From Utricularia gibba (lineage: Eukaryota; Plantae; Magnoliophyta), in the NCBI GenBank assembly GCA_002189035.1, contig CM007992.1, positions 3,162,001 to 3,226,000 of the forward strand: DNA of 64,000 bases. The letters are read 5' to 3'. Of the stretch, positions 24,913 to 37,945 are shown in pieces (position 1 is the first letter of the stretch; every line of letters begins with the position of its first letter). The notes beneath the pieces are model-generated. The model searched no databases. It saw only the letters and a program-made list of their open reading frames with translations, and had not been told where the DNA came from. The position numbers and the translations under genes were made by a program.

Positions 24913-27736
24913 GAGTTTCAGACGAACTGCAATTGAAAAAACACTTGAGTCCTCAGTTAACTGATAAATTTCTCAGTTGTATGATCATCTCAAAGTTCAG
25001 GCTTTTTTCCCAAAACTCAAGCAGGGGCAGCTTCTATTCCCTATGCTACAGAGTTCAGACACAACAAGGGGTTATTTGAAACATTCGGCCAAACAAATTT
25101 TGTCAAACAGCAGGACAACCACTTCATCTGTAACACGTTGAAGCATTCAAACCCCCCAAGATGGCTCCTTTTTCAGCCCCAAGAAGGGTCAACTCTAGAC
25201 AGCTCCGAGAAGGCAGAAAAGTAACTCAAGTTATTTCCAGAAACTCGACGAAAACCTCAAACGCCTCAACCGGAATAGATAAAAAATTTTGCATCACAGT
25301 TGGAGGATCAGACGAATCAGAGAGTAGTCCACCGACCCACGTCAAACCCAGAAGAGAAACAAGCCCATTCATACCTCTCAAATTCCGCTCGTTTCTCCGG
25401 CTACACACAACAACAGAAGCAAGAAGAGGCGGAGGCGGCAGCAACAGCAGCAGCGGAAGAGGAAGAAGCAAAGCCGCACCCCGTTTCCTACCTCCAACTC
25501 CAACCCCAGGATTGAAATTTAATTAGTAAAACCCGAATGCCGAAGCATGTCTGTTTCACGCAAATGAGTATTGATGATCCCCCCTTTTTTCTCAACGTCA
25601 GCCATTAATTGACCAACAAGTAAAAACCAACTTACTTTACCTCACCCCAACCTCAACAAACCTCAAAGTTTTGTCTTTTCCTCATCAGATTAACCAACCA
25701 CACGAACCCAACAAAAAACAAAGCCTATATCAGTAACGACAAGGGTGGTAGATCAGGAGTTACCGTTGAGGACAAAATTTAAACTTGAGTTGAATGTTAG
25801 AGCGCAGGGCATGTCGAGCATCCACTACCGGCTTCAAAATCGGAAAAGGACATGCCAACGGATATGGAAAGCACACGTTGATGTTGGGAGAAGGGACAAT
25901 TCCACTTTTGTTTGTTTCTTTTTATTATTATTTTGTTTTAAAGAGAGGATTACTTTGCTTGTCAAATTGCTTTCTTGTTTCCGTGTAGAATTCTCTAACA
26001 CACAAATTAAACGTTTTTAGATTCTAATTAATTCGCTTTCATCAAAAAACAAAAAAAAAACAAAATTTTATTTTTCCCTTGCGTTTGTTCTAAATTTAAT
26101 TACCTCATCGAAAAATATTATTTAATAATTTTTTTAAAAAAATTATTTGAATTCATTATCTTGTTTAATTATGAATTTGTGTTGCTTTTTTTTTTTTTAT
26201 AATTGATTCAATATTTTTTAATTACATTTTAAAATATTTGAAAAATAAAACTATTACTTAACTCATTTTTTTGATTTAGTTATGAATTTGAGTTGAATTC
26301 GATTAAATGTATGATTTTAAAATACTGATTTAGATATTTTAAAATTATAATTCAAATAATTCTATCTAATTAAATTTAACTAAATTCATCCCTCCACATA
26401 CTATGAATATTAAACATATATTTAATTTTTTAATTAAAATGAAATTACACATGATTGTTAAAAGAATAATAATTATTATTATTATTATTGATGAACGTTA
26501 CTAAATATCTCGTCCATTCTTTTATTTTTTGTTTCTTGGCGGCCTTGTAACTAGAAGATGGGAGCAGACGTGGCGCCATTTGGACCAATCAAATGAATTA
26601 CGCAGGTTTTGAAAGTAGAAAAAACGGTCACTACTGCGACTGCGAGAGTGCAGTGAAGATTACATGAAGAGCACTCTTTGCGGCGAATGTGTTTGCGGAA
26701 ATTCCTCAATGGAAGCGCCGCTCGTCTTCATTGCAGTCTCCTTTCAGCCTCCTTGCTGTCCGCGTAGCCGTTGCTTCAGTGATTTTGCACCCAGAGAAGC
26801 CGGGGGATTAACGGTATCGCTCGAGGTTCATGTTTGGAGATCTGCATTCCGTTCGGGCCGCCGATCAGCCCCAGAAGAGAGCGGTGCCAACTGTTCGGCT
26901 AAAAATAAATAAGTAATACTGTTTTCCTACATGAACGGACATCGATCTTTTCTCCACCACCGTCGATGACGCAAAATAACCCTCTGCGTGTCCCGCTGAT
27001 CATACGTTTGCCTTGGTAAGTCCCGGAGGAGTGAAATACTGCCCACTTATTTTTGTGCTGGTCGTTTTTATATGCTTCAGGGACTGGCGAGTCGTTTCCC
27101 CGTTCAATGTCCTCAGGGAGTGAGTTTGTGAAAATGGTCACCTCCGCGCTCACGGCACAAATACTGTCTGGGTGAACGTGGATCCGACATTGGTTCTCAA
27201 GAAATGGCTTCTCTAATCGCAGATGCCGCTAATGCGCTGTGAACCACTTTCTAAAAATCGGCTCATGTATTATTGCGTGGATATCAACATTGAAGGAAAA
27301 GTTTACTCTATTATGTGTTCTTCTTTTTGGAGGGAGGCTTCAGGTAAGGTTTTCTGAAATGAGGGGCCTTATGGGCATGGAACGCTGTCGAGAAAGAGAG
27401 CAGATGCTGTGATTCGCCTCTGATTTTTGGTTCTAAATCATGAAATCTCTGTATTAGTTGTTGTTAAACAGCTTTACAGGTAAAAAATTCAATTCATTAA
27501 TGTACTCTGCCTTCTGCTACTTGTTTCCAATCCCCATGCACTTCAGGCCTTCGACTATTATCAAAGGTGAGTAATATCATCACTAGATAACTGCTGTCAT
27601 TCAATTGCTTCTCGCAGCAAATGAATAACAAATGGTTTGAAAAATGTCTTGTGCTAACGGTGGCTTGGTTTTTCTCTGGTATATTCCATCTAGTCAAGAA
27701 AATAGCATTACAACAGGTTCCCCATTCTCACTTCTG

Positions 27737-30664
27737 TCAATCAAAGGTGCCTGAAGTGGGGCAACTCATATCATCCTGAGAAATGAGTGAATGTCAGAGA
27801 AGGGTGTTGGATAAACTATTGATATGCATAAATGGAATATATTGGCATAGCATACCCTTGAGATGGAGACTTGGCTGTAAGAAGGTGAGACACTTGAACC
27901 GTATGGTGAGGAATAATTGCACACAGCATCCTCGGCAAGTTCTCTAAGTCTGTTCAGTTCAGGAAGTACAACTTTACCGAGATCTGGCCTATCTTTCCGT
28001 CTCAGTTCAGCGCATTTGAGTGCCAAATTCGCTAAGCATAAGGCCTCATCGATGGGCCAATCATGGATCGTAGGATCAAGCTGCTCTCTGAACGTCCCTT
28101 GTTCAATGGCTCTTTCAACAAAATGGGTGAGCCCCATTGGTGGTTTTCCCGTAAGAATCTGGAGAAAAATTATTCCTAGAGAATATACATCTGATTTAAC
28201 ACCAAGCATGCCTGTTTGTTGATACTCAGGATCGATGTAGCAGAAAGTCCCTGCTGTAGATGTCATTCTGTACTGAGTGACGCTATTGGAGACTGATGAG
28301 GGAACGAGGCGAGCTAGACCCACATCACTGATTTTGCTAACATAGTTACGATCAAGTAGAATGTTGGCTGGCTTCAGATCTCTGTGCACCAGTGGCTCTG
28401 GCTTTGTTTGGTGCAAGAAATGAAGCCCTATAGCAATCTCAGCGGCAATTCGAAACCTGTGTGGCCAGGGTAATGTAGGTGTATTCCCTCTCCGAAATAG
28501 ACGATCTTCCAAACTTCCGTTGGACATGTACTCGTATACTAGACATCCATATTCTGGACAAGCACCTAGAAGAAGCACCATGTGCGGGTGTCTTATGCAA
28601 CTTAAGATCTCAACCTGTCATCAGTTGCCAGAATGTTAATAAATGCTGAGAAAAAAATTTGCGTCTTTGATAAGAGACTAAGATAGCACCTCCTGTTGAA
28701 ACTGGGATCTTCCATGAGCGGCATCAGGCCTAAGGACCTTAACAGCTGCAGGTGTATGGTCTAAATAACACTTATAAACTGGTCCATAACCTCCTTCTCC
28801 AATCTTTCGAGACTGATTGAAGTATTCTGTGGCTACTTCTATTTCTTCAATGGTGTACCTCCGGTATGTGATCTTTGGATTGGAGTGAGTGCTCAATTCT
28901 AAATCTATTCTCTTCTGAGCTTCTAGTGCTGCAATCCTCTGAGCTGCTTCTACATTTTCTGACGTAGATATGGATTTTTCATTTTCTTCAAGTGTGGCTT
29001 CTTCCGTCAAACGTGCCTCTTCTAACCGTTTCTGCTCTAAAATTTTCCAACGTTGGAGCTCTCTTGCCTAAATTAGCATCAAAGTTAGATGAGGGATATC
29101 AGAAAGACCAAACATATGGTTGATAGTGATTTCTCCCTGCCTTCTCTCTGGCTGAGAGTGCTTCTTTGCAAGCAGTACTATACATTTCCATTGTTTGTTT
29201 CAGCTCTTGCTTTAGTCTTCTCATTTCAGCTTCTACTTCATCCTGCAAATCAAAGGATCAAGATGTCATCAGAACTGAGTTTAATGTCAAGGCACCAAGT
29301 AAGGCCATCACCATGGTTTGTGCAGTGAATATTTTGTCATTGTCATCCGAGGAGGAGAAATCAAGTTGGCCTGTTATGTCCATTGACCTGCGACTGTAGG
29401 GGAAAGTGTCTTCCATGTACGAGAATCCGGAGATTCGAGGAGGAGTGAGACCACCATCACAGCTCTCAGGTGGAGGATATTTATCAACACTTGTCCTTGC
29501 AGAACTTGTTGAACTGATAAAAGAGATGTCAGATTCTGGTGGAGAGATGTCATAAACTTTCCCATTGGGAGACCTTCGGTTAGTGAAAGGAGACCTATTC
29601 ACATAATTCTTAGCATCAAATTTTAGCACTGAGCCAGGACATGCACGATTAGAAGACCAATGGCCTACTTGAAATTTACTTCACTCCGTCTTGCGCTTGA
29701 GGATCGATCTAAGCTTGGCCTTGAGGTTCCGGAATACGAACCTACAAAGGGGGTGGAAGACATGAAGACGAAATGGAGAATTAGAAGATGGAAACAGATG
29801 AGAAACAACAGCCAACTTGTAGAATTCATGCTGAAGGTGTTTGCATTGGTTTGTGACATGATCTGGCCACGAAGAGGACTAAGGATGGAGGGTGGTGGCC
29901 GGGAAGCTGATCGGGTCGATGAGATCTTTCCCTTGTGGATCACAAACACGGTGCAGTAATCGGGTACCCCCTTGAGTACATTTCCAGGGATGTCTTTAGC
30001 CTTATACCTGTGTTTGATGATGATGAAAAACCATCACCAGATGATGACTGAGATTGAGATGAGCAGGAAATGTAGCAGCAAGCACCTGCTGAAAAAGTTG
30101 CCTCTAGCCGCAGCACCAAGAACCAAGAAATCAACTGTGTTTTGCCTTACAAAATCAATGACTGCCTTCGCGACATCCGAATCCACCAACGTGACATCGA
30201 AAGGTTGTATCTAAGGTACACAAGAACATGCAGATTCATTAGTTTTTTTTTTCTATCAGCAGGAATGCCATCCAGGCGTCGGCAACGCTTACATCCTTGC
30301 GTGTGCAGAAGACACGGAAAGGTAGGAACAATTCCTTTATCTGTGCTTCTTCGCTTCCAATTACATCACCGGGCATTGGTGCTGTTGCTGTTGTGCACGA
30401 TCAAAAAAAAAAAAAAAAAAGAATTGATTCTCAGTTGTTTGGACATCTTACAACGTAGGAAAAAAGGATGAAGAATCTGATCTTATTACAAGACAACTTG
30501 GGCTTGACATGAATCAAAACTATGATTTGTCCCTTTTTGAGGAGATTTTCCACAGCCCACTTGATGGCTCCCTGGCTGCCCTTGTCCTGATCTATTGCAA
30601 CTGCCACCAATCTGTTCATTGAGGCCGTATCACCCTGGTTTCCATTCACATTCCCAGGCCTCAT
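27737..30664 (-). CDS. Receptor-like cytoplasmic Ser/Thr kinase with an N-terminal USP (adenine nucleotide alpha-hydrolase-like) domain and coiled coil; no U-box seen
   Basis: VAVAIDQDKGSQGAIKWAVENL, ELFLPFRVFCTRKD, YRRYTIEEIEVAT, IGEGGYGPVYK, AVKVL, HRDLKPANILL, ISDVGLARL, GTFCYIDPEYQQTG. A last short exon DDMSCPTSGTFD* ends at 27737. Confidence 0.9.
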
Positions 30665-31654
30665 TTGTTCATTCGGTTTGCTTTGAATGCAGGCAACAAC
30701 AGAAACTGGGAAGACTCCTTACAATACCTCTCTCTGATTCCTTGAACAAAGGGAACTGGTGGCCCTTGAAGAATCCCCAAAATAGAATGTATGTCAGAGC
30801 TTTACTCACTCTTCATCCATCACACGTGCATAACGAAACAATACTTGCTTCATGTCACAGGGAAATTAAAATATGTAAAAAAAATCTTTTATTTTTAGTT
30901 TCTGGTTAGGATAGTTTATATTTATTGAAAATTATTTTAGAATCAATTTTTTAACTAAATATGAACGATTTCTCTTTTTTTAAAAAATATTTTTTTATTT
31001 TAAAACTTCTATTTAAAACGATTTATGTTTTTGAAAAATGTTTTAAGAATAATTTTATTATAAATATAAGTAACTAAACTGTGTTGTTCATCACATGATT
31101 GCTCCATATATCAACAAATAAAATATTGCATTATTTATTTATAATTCCTATTTTATGTTGCACGCAAATCGAGAGTGCCGATGAAGGTTGGCTTATCCCA
31201 GAGAAATGAATATTAATTTTTATTTTTTTTTTAGCGTGACTGGACATTGACTATGATGAATGCGAATTTTCAGCTTATCTTCGTCAACTTTCAAGGTGGC
31301 AGGCAGGATGAGAAGAAGTTCCGGATCTCCGGGTGGTTGGTTATCCACAAAGTTAAGGAAAGAAAAACTTGCCTGGCGTAAAAACCGTCGTCCATCAGTG
31401 ATTTTTTAGTCCGTACTCCATTATTGAAGTGGGAAATTCGAATCTTTGGTTCTCTTATCGATTACAGGAAAAGAGTTGTTATATGTGTATGTAGATATAA
31501 GAAATTCGAATGGATGTGGAGAGAATCTTCTTTTACCCTTTATTGCCTTTGTGCTAGTTCTATTCCACTTGGCCCCAGAATGAGATGATGGCACCATTTA
31601 TTTACCTGAGCCTTGACCCAAGTGATCCTGTAACTGTAACGCTGCCATATTGAG

Positions 31655-34600
31655 ATGGGGGAGGAGAAAGACTCCAGGAGACGTCGTCCTCTTGTTTTTG
31701 CTTACTATGTCACTGGCCATGGTTTCGGCCACGCAACGCGGGCTGTCGAGGTTTTTTTTCTTCTCGGACATGGTTTTCTCTTCATGTATGATTATGCCGT
31801 GGACTGTAAAGATCCCTTTTTGTCATGTTTTGTTTTGGTTGGTTTGAGTGGGGTGTCACGGTTCATGTGTTTATGCTCTCTGCTTAATTTACTCTTGTTT
31901 CTGGGTTGGAATGTTTCACCAAACTGCAGAGCACACTCTGTTGTGGAATATACAAGAAGGAAAGTCTTTATCTCTCTCTAAAATTGATCGAATATATTAT
32001 GATCTGGATGATTTATACATGCTTTGAATCCTGATGAGTTCCACTTTGATTTCATACGTCGCATGATCTTCCTTAGGTTGTTCGGCATCTGATCCTGGCT
32101 GGGCATGTGGTTCATGTTGTCACAGGTGCACCAAATTATGTGTATACAACTGAGATAGAGTCCCCTCAACTTATCTTGCGCAAGGTCTCAACTTCTTCCC
32201 AACCGAGAATTTGCATCTTGTTAAGATACTTGGTTGGACTAAGATTGCTTTCCTGCAAATGTAGGTACTACTAGATTGTGGAGCCGTTCAAGCAGATGCC
32301 TTGACAGTCGATCGCCTTGCATCCTTGGAGAAGGTGCATGGAATGCTAATGACTTGCGAGGATTTTTGTTTTCAACTTGTTGATTTTCTTCCTTTCTAGC
32401 ATTAATGAGATTTTTTTATGTATCTAGTACTCTGAGACAGCCGTGGTCCCTCGAGATTTAATTTTGGAAACTGAAGTCAAGTGGCTGAAATCCATCAATG
32501 CAGATCTTGTGGTAAGAACTTTCAGGCTGAGTTTTGAACTTAAATGTATTATTTGACATCTTATCACATGGAATTGACCTTCCTATGCTCATGGCTCCTT
32601 AACTGGCCGTTGCCAGTGGAGCGAGTAGCATAAGTGTAATAATTGATGAAGTATGTCGTAACTTTAGGGTTGCTTTAGTGGCCGGATGTCATATTATTAT
32701 TTCCATTTTTCGTGTTTGCAGTAAAGTCAAATATTTCAATATATATACGTTTTCCATATGCACCATGCTCCTGGAATGGTGCATAGTCTTCATGTGACTT
32801 TTGTATGATAACACTTAAGTCCAGGTATCAGATGTTGTTCCAGTTGCCTGTCGAGCAGCAGCTGATGCTGGCATTCATTCTGTCTGTGTCACCAACTTTA
32901 GGTATCGTTTTCTGTTTCCCTTTTTGTTCCGATATAAAATATGTCGGCCTTGAGTATTCCCTTGGAGATATCTATACATATTTTAGGGACACTGGAGTGC
33001 ATCATTGGATGTAAAATAGCTATCCAGAAAGCATATACATATCGATTTTCCTCTTTTTTCCTTTTATGGCCAAATATCCGTTTTTGGTATATGCTTGTTG
33101 CTACATATTCTTTTGCTCTGACCATCTTGCTAAAAATTCATTGGCAGTTGGGACTTCATATATGCTGAGTATGTCATGGTTGCTGGTCATCATCATCGGT
33201 CCATTGTTTGGCAGGTTACTTTTATAAAGTACTTGGAATTCTTTCCTGGCATACCCTGAGTACAGCCCGTCCTTTGGAGAGGCATCTTGTAAACGAAGTT
33301 ACTAGACCTTTTTTGTCTGATTGCTACAGATTGCTGAGGATTATTCACACTGCGAATATCTCATCCGTCTTCCAGGATACTGCCCCAGTATAAGCATCGA
33401 CTTGATTTTGAGTTTATTTTTTAGTTAAAGCAAAGCCATGACATGTATGATTATTAATATTTTTAATGATTATATGGCAGTGCCTGCCTTTCGTGATGCC
33501 ATTGATGTGCCTTTAGTTGTAAGGAGATTGCACAAATCAAAAGCAGAGGTGGATATCAAGATCTTTTTTCCTACAAGTTGCATTTGTTGGTTAATTTTTT
33601 TGGAAACATTTTTTAGATTATTGTATGATATTCCAGGTGAGGAGAGAACTTGGAATCTCTGACGATGCCAAAGTAGTCATTCTCAACTTTGGTGGTCAGG
33701 TATTTATGTGACTATCAAGATTTATAGCACAAGTGTCTTGAGACCAGATGGTTGTTATTTGACCAATTTGGCCCTGTTGTTGTTTCTGATGCCCCATTTT
33801 CTCTTCTATGCATGAGAATTTGAACAATTGTAAATTAAGTTCTAACATTAACTTTTATTCATTCATTAAATGAAATTATGCATACTTATCGCAGCCAGCT
33901 GGTTGGACTTTAAAGGAAGAGTGTCTGCCTGATGGTTGGCTTTGTCTGGTATTTCTATGTTATAATGAAAGTAGTTTGTGTTGCCGTAGAGTAATACAGT
34001 CTGCTTAAATCATGTTTTCACGGGGTTTTAGGTATGCGGTGCTTCTGAAATGAACCTTCCATCAAATTTTTTGAAGTTGGCAAAGGATACTTACACACCT
34101 GATGTCATAGCCGCATCGGATTGCATGCTTGGTAGTGTTACTACTTAACTGATTCCTTCTTTTTGGTAATTTGGCTGGCAAAGAGAATCCTTTAAATTTC
34201 TGTATCTTCAGGAAAAATCGGGTATGGAACCGTGAGCGAGGCTCTAGCATATAAAATACCATTCGTCTTTGTGCGCAGGGACTACTTCAATGAAGAGCCT
34301 TTTTTGAGAAACATGCTTGAGGTAATCGATGTTCTTTGAATTTTTTTTCCTCCCTATAAGTGAAGAAGTCATCTCAATTTCTGTAGCAGAAATTTTTTAA
34401 GAACCAAAACCTTTTTTCGTGCTCAGCACTATCAAACTGGGGTTGAAATGATACGAAGAGATTTACTTACCGGGCACTGGGGACCATACCTTGAGCACGC
34501 TCTTAGTCTATCACCATGTTACCAGTGTGGTATAAACGGTGGTGAGGTGTCCACTTTTCCTTGTTATTCTTTGTATGGCTCGTGTAATCTGTGCTACAGT

Positions 34601-37600
34601 AGTGATGTTATTTCAGAAACGAATATCATCTGTGTGTATTCTTTTGTAGAAACATGATCATTCTACTTGTCCCTTAGCCTTAAAAATCTCCTGCTAAATC
34701 ATTCTTGTATGGTGGTGTTCCTTTCTTTCATTTTTAATTTCTAGGTTGCAGCAAATCTTCTTATGGACACTGCATATGGAAAAAGCAATGCATCTGATAA
34801 GGTGACATCATCTTGTTTACGATGTTATCATGGCATTTTTTCTGAAGCAAACTGCATAAAATTTTTTCACATTGTTTGCTTAAACAATTATAGGTTAGTG
34901 GGGCACGTAGGTTGCGGGATGCTATTGTACTTGGATATCAACTCCAACGAGTTCCAGGAAGAGATCTCAGCATCCCAGAATGGTACTCTAATGCAGAAAA
35001 TGAGCTCCGTACTGGATCCCCCATGGCTGAAGCAGAGGAAACATTTGTTACAACTCAGTGAGTGAATTGTGTTTTTTAAGTTGCGCTATACTCCATCGGA
35101 CTCAAGCACTGATCTTTGTGTACTTCTCTTTAGTTACCTTGAAGGCATCGAGATACTTCATGGTGATGTTCTGGGCCTTTCTGATACAGTCAATTTCTTG
35201 AAGAGCCTGTCTGAACTTGGTTCTAACCTTCACTCGGCAAAGGGCCCTGAGAAACGCCAGGCGAGGGAACGTAAAGCTGCAGCAAAACTTTTCAACTGGG
35301 AGGTATATATCCTTTACTGAGATTGATTTAAGCCATTTACATGATAAAAACACCAAGTTGTTGGAAAAACATTTCTTTGGTTGCAGGAAGATATTTATGT
35401 TACAAGAGCACCAGGTAGACTTGATGTGGTTGGTGGGATAGCCGACTACTCTGGAAGCCTTGTGCTGCAGGTATTGTATCCTTCTTCACTCCATGAAGCA
35501 TAAAATACAAAGATGTATTTTAAAATATAACTTGTTTTCTCCTTGTGAACAGTTACCAATAAGAGAAGCTTGTCATGTCGCATTGCAAAAGATCCCTCCG
35601 ACAAAACATAGGCTATGGAAGCATGCACAAGTTCGTCAGCTTGCCAAGGGAATAGGGCCAACTCCTGTTCTACAAATTGTATGGAGTACATGAGCTGAAA
35701 CTTGCAGACTTACATTGAGGCATATCTTACATTTCCTTTCCGTCCTGTGATTTGATTCATGTTTGTGATCGTGCAATGTAGGTATCTTATGGATCTGAGT
35801 TAAGCAACCGTGGGCCAACATTTGACATGGACCTTTCAGACTTTATGGATGGTGGAGTCCCGACATCCTATGAGAAGGCTAGAAGCTACTTTGCCCAGGA
35901 TCCTTCTCAAAGGTTTCAGTGTATTTCTCATACTCGCTTTTAGGTTTTTTTTTTTTTTTTTTTTGTTTCCTAGATTGTTGCACTTCACTGGATTGTTGTT
36001 CTAGATGGGCTGCATACATAGCAGGGACCATTCTCGTTTTAATGAAAGAACTCAACATACGCTTCGAAAGCAGCATAAGTATACTGGTTAGTCTTGATTC
36101 CAACACCTGATATTCTTAGCTTATGAAAAAATGATGGAAAAAGGATTTACAACATATTCTACTTGTAGGTCTCTTCTGCTGTTCCTGAAGGCAAAGGTGT
36201 CTCTTCTTCTGCTGCTGTGGAGGTCGCTACCATGTCTGCTATTGCTGCATCTCATGGTTCGGAGTGCCCTTATTTGGCTCTTCTACCCCCTACTCAATCT
36301 CGCTTTCCATGCATGAATTTTGATGATTGAAGTGCTGAAGCAAGAATTTTGTTGTCATCTTGGAATCCAGCATTGAATATCAGCTCCAGAGAACTTGCCT
36401 TGCTGTGCCAGAAAGTAAGCATGAACAACAACCTTGGTTGAAGTTTAGTTCCCTTTTCTCACGTCTTCGCATTTATTATCTCCGATTTGAAGGTGGAGAA
36501 TTGTGTAGTTGGAGCTCCTTGTGGAGTCATGGACCAGATGACTTCTGCTTGTGGTGAAGCTAATAAGCTTCTTGCAATGGTTTGCCAGGTACTTAAGGTC
36601 TCAGAAACCATGACAAAGTGTAGCTAGCATCATTCTTATACTCTCATATCCTGGTACAGCCTGCTGAGGTACTGGGCCTGGTGGAAATCCCTAACCACAT
36701 AAGGTTTTGGGGCATCGACTCAGGAATTCGTCACAGGTAAGAAGCTGAAGCTGCTGCTCTCGAATACTCAAGTCATGTCTCAACTCAGTGAAGGCCCAAT
36801 GCTGCAGTGTGGGAGGAGCTGATTATGGCTCAGTGAGGATAGGAGCTTTCATGGGTCAGAAAATCATTAAATCCATTGCATCAAGGCTCTTATCGCAGTC
36901 GTATGCAAACGGCGTCACGTCGGATGATCTAGATGAGGATGCAGTTGAACTCCTTGGAGCTGAAGCCTCCTTGCAATACCTGTGCAACTTGTCCCCACAT
37001 AGGTAACAGTAGCCTTGATCAGCTGTAAATATGAACTTGTGTTGAGTTGTTGATGCCTTTGGATTTTCTCTTACCCAGATATGAAGCTCTTTACGCCAAG
37101 CAGCTCCCTGAAACTCTGCTGGGAGAGGCATTTTTCAACTCATATGGAGACCATGGCGATTCCGTCACTGTGATTGACAACAAGAGGAGCTATGGACTGA
37201 AAGCAGCCACCAAGCATCCAATTTATGAAAACTTCCGAGCTAAGGTTTCAAATGCTCTTACCCTCTTCTTGATTCGCATTTTCAAGTATTTTCTGATGGC
37301 TTACGTGACCACAGGCATTCAAAGCACTGCTAACATCGGCGAATTCAGAGGATCAGTTCACTGCAATGGGTGAACTGTTGTATCAAGTAAGCCACTCTCA
37401 GGGTTGCTTGTTCTTGCTGAGAATCTGATTCCCCTGCAGTGTCACTACAGTTACAGCGCCTGCGGGCTCGGGTCGGACGGGACGGACAGGCTCGTGCAGC
37501 TGGTACAGGAATTGCAGCACAGCCGAAAGTCCAAACCCGCCGAGGGAACGTTGTACGGTGCTAAAATCACCGGCGGAGGATCAGGCGGCACTGTCTGCAT

Positions 37601-37846
37601 CATGGGAAGGAACTGCCTCCGTAGCAGCGAGCAAATTCTTCAGGTACTCAACCCTAGCAGGAAACTGCCAAAACATGATCTCAGTTCTTAGGGCCTGATG
37701 TTTCGAGTTTCGCAGATCCAGAAGAAATACAAGGACGCCACCGAATACTTGCCCTCATTTTCGAAGGATCTTCCCCCGGCGCCGGAAAGTTCGGCTTCCT
37801 GAGGGTTCACCTCCGCCACCAACGGCCGCCGGAGACGGCTCAGTGA
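31655..37846 (+). CDS. ARA1: L-arabinokinase (glycosyltransferase-like N-terminus plus GHMP kinase), 29 exons; apparent 1-bp deletion in the last exon
   Basis: [64 protein letters not shown]. Exons 1-28 join in frame. As written the CDS stops at 37800-37802; adding one base restores [15 protein letters not shown] and a stop at 37844-37846. Confidence 0.92.
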
Positions 37847-37945
37847 GGTCAGTCAGCCCGCCCGGCCCTCAAATTTGAAAAATTCCTACGCACACGACGT
37901 CGTTTTAGATAATTATACAATATTAGCAACTTAAAACATCGCATT

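Noticed and set aside
28678-30909. Plus-strand ORFs of 60-120 aa over the kinase gene
   Set aside because: They are antisense shadows of kinase exons and introns.
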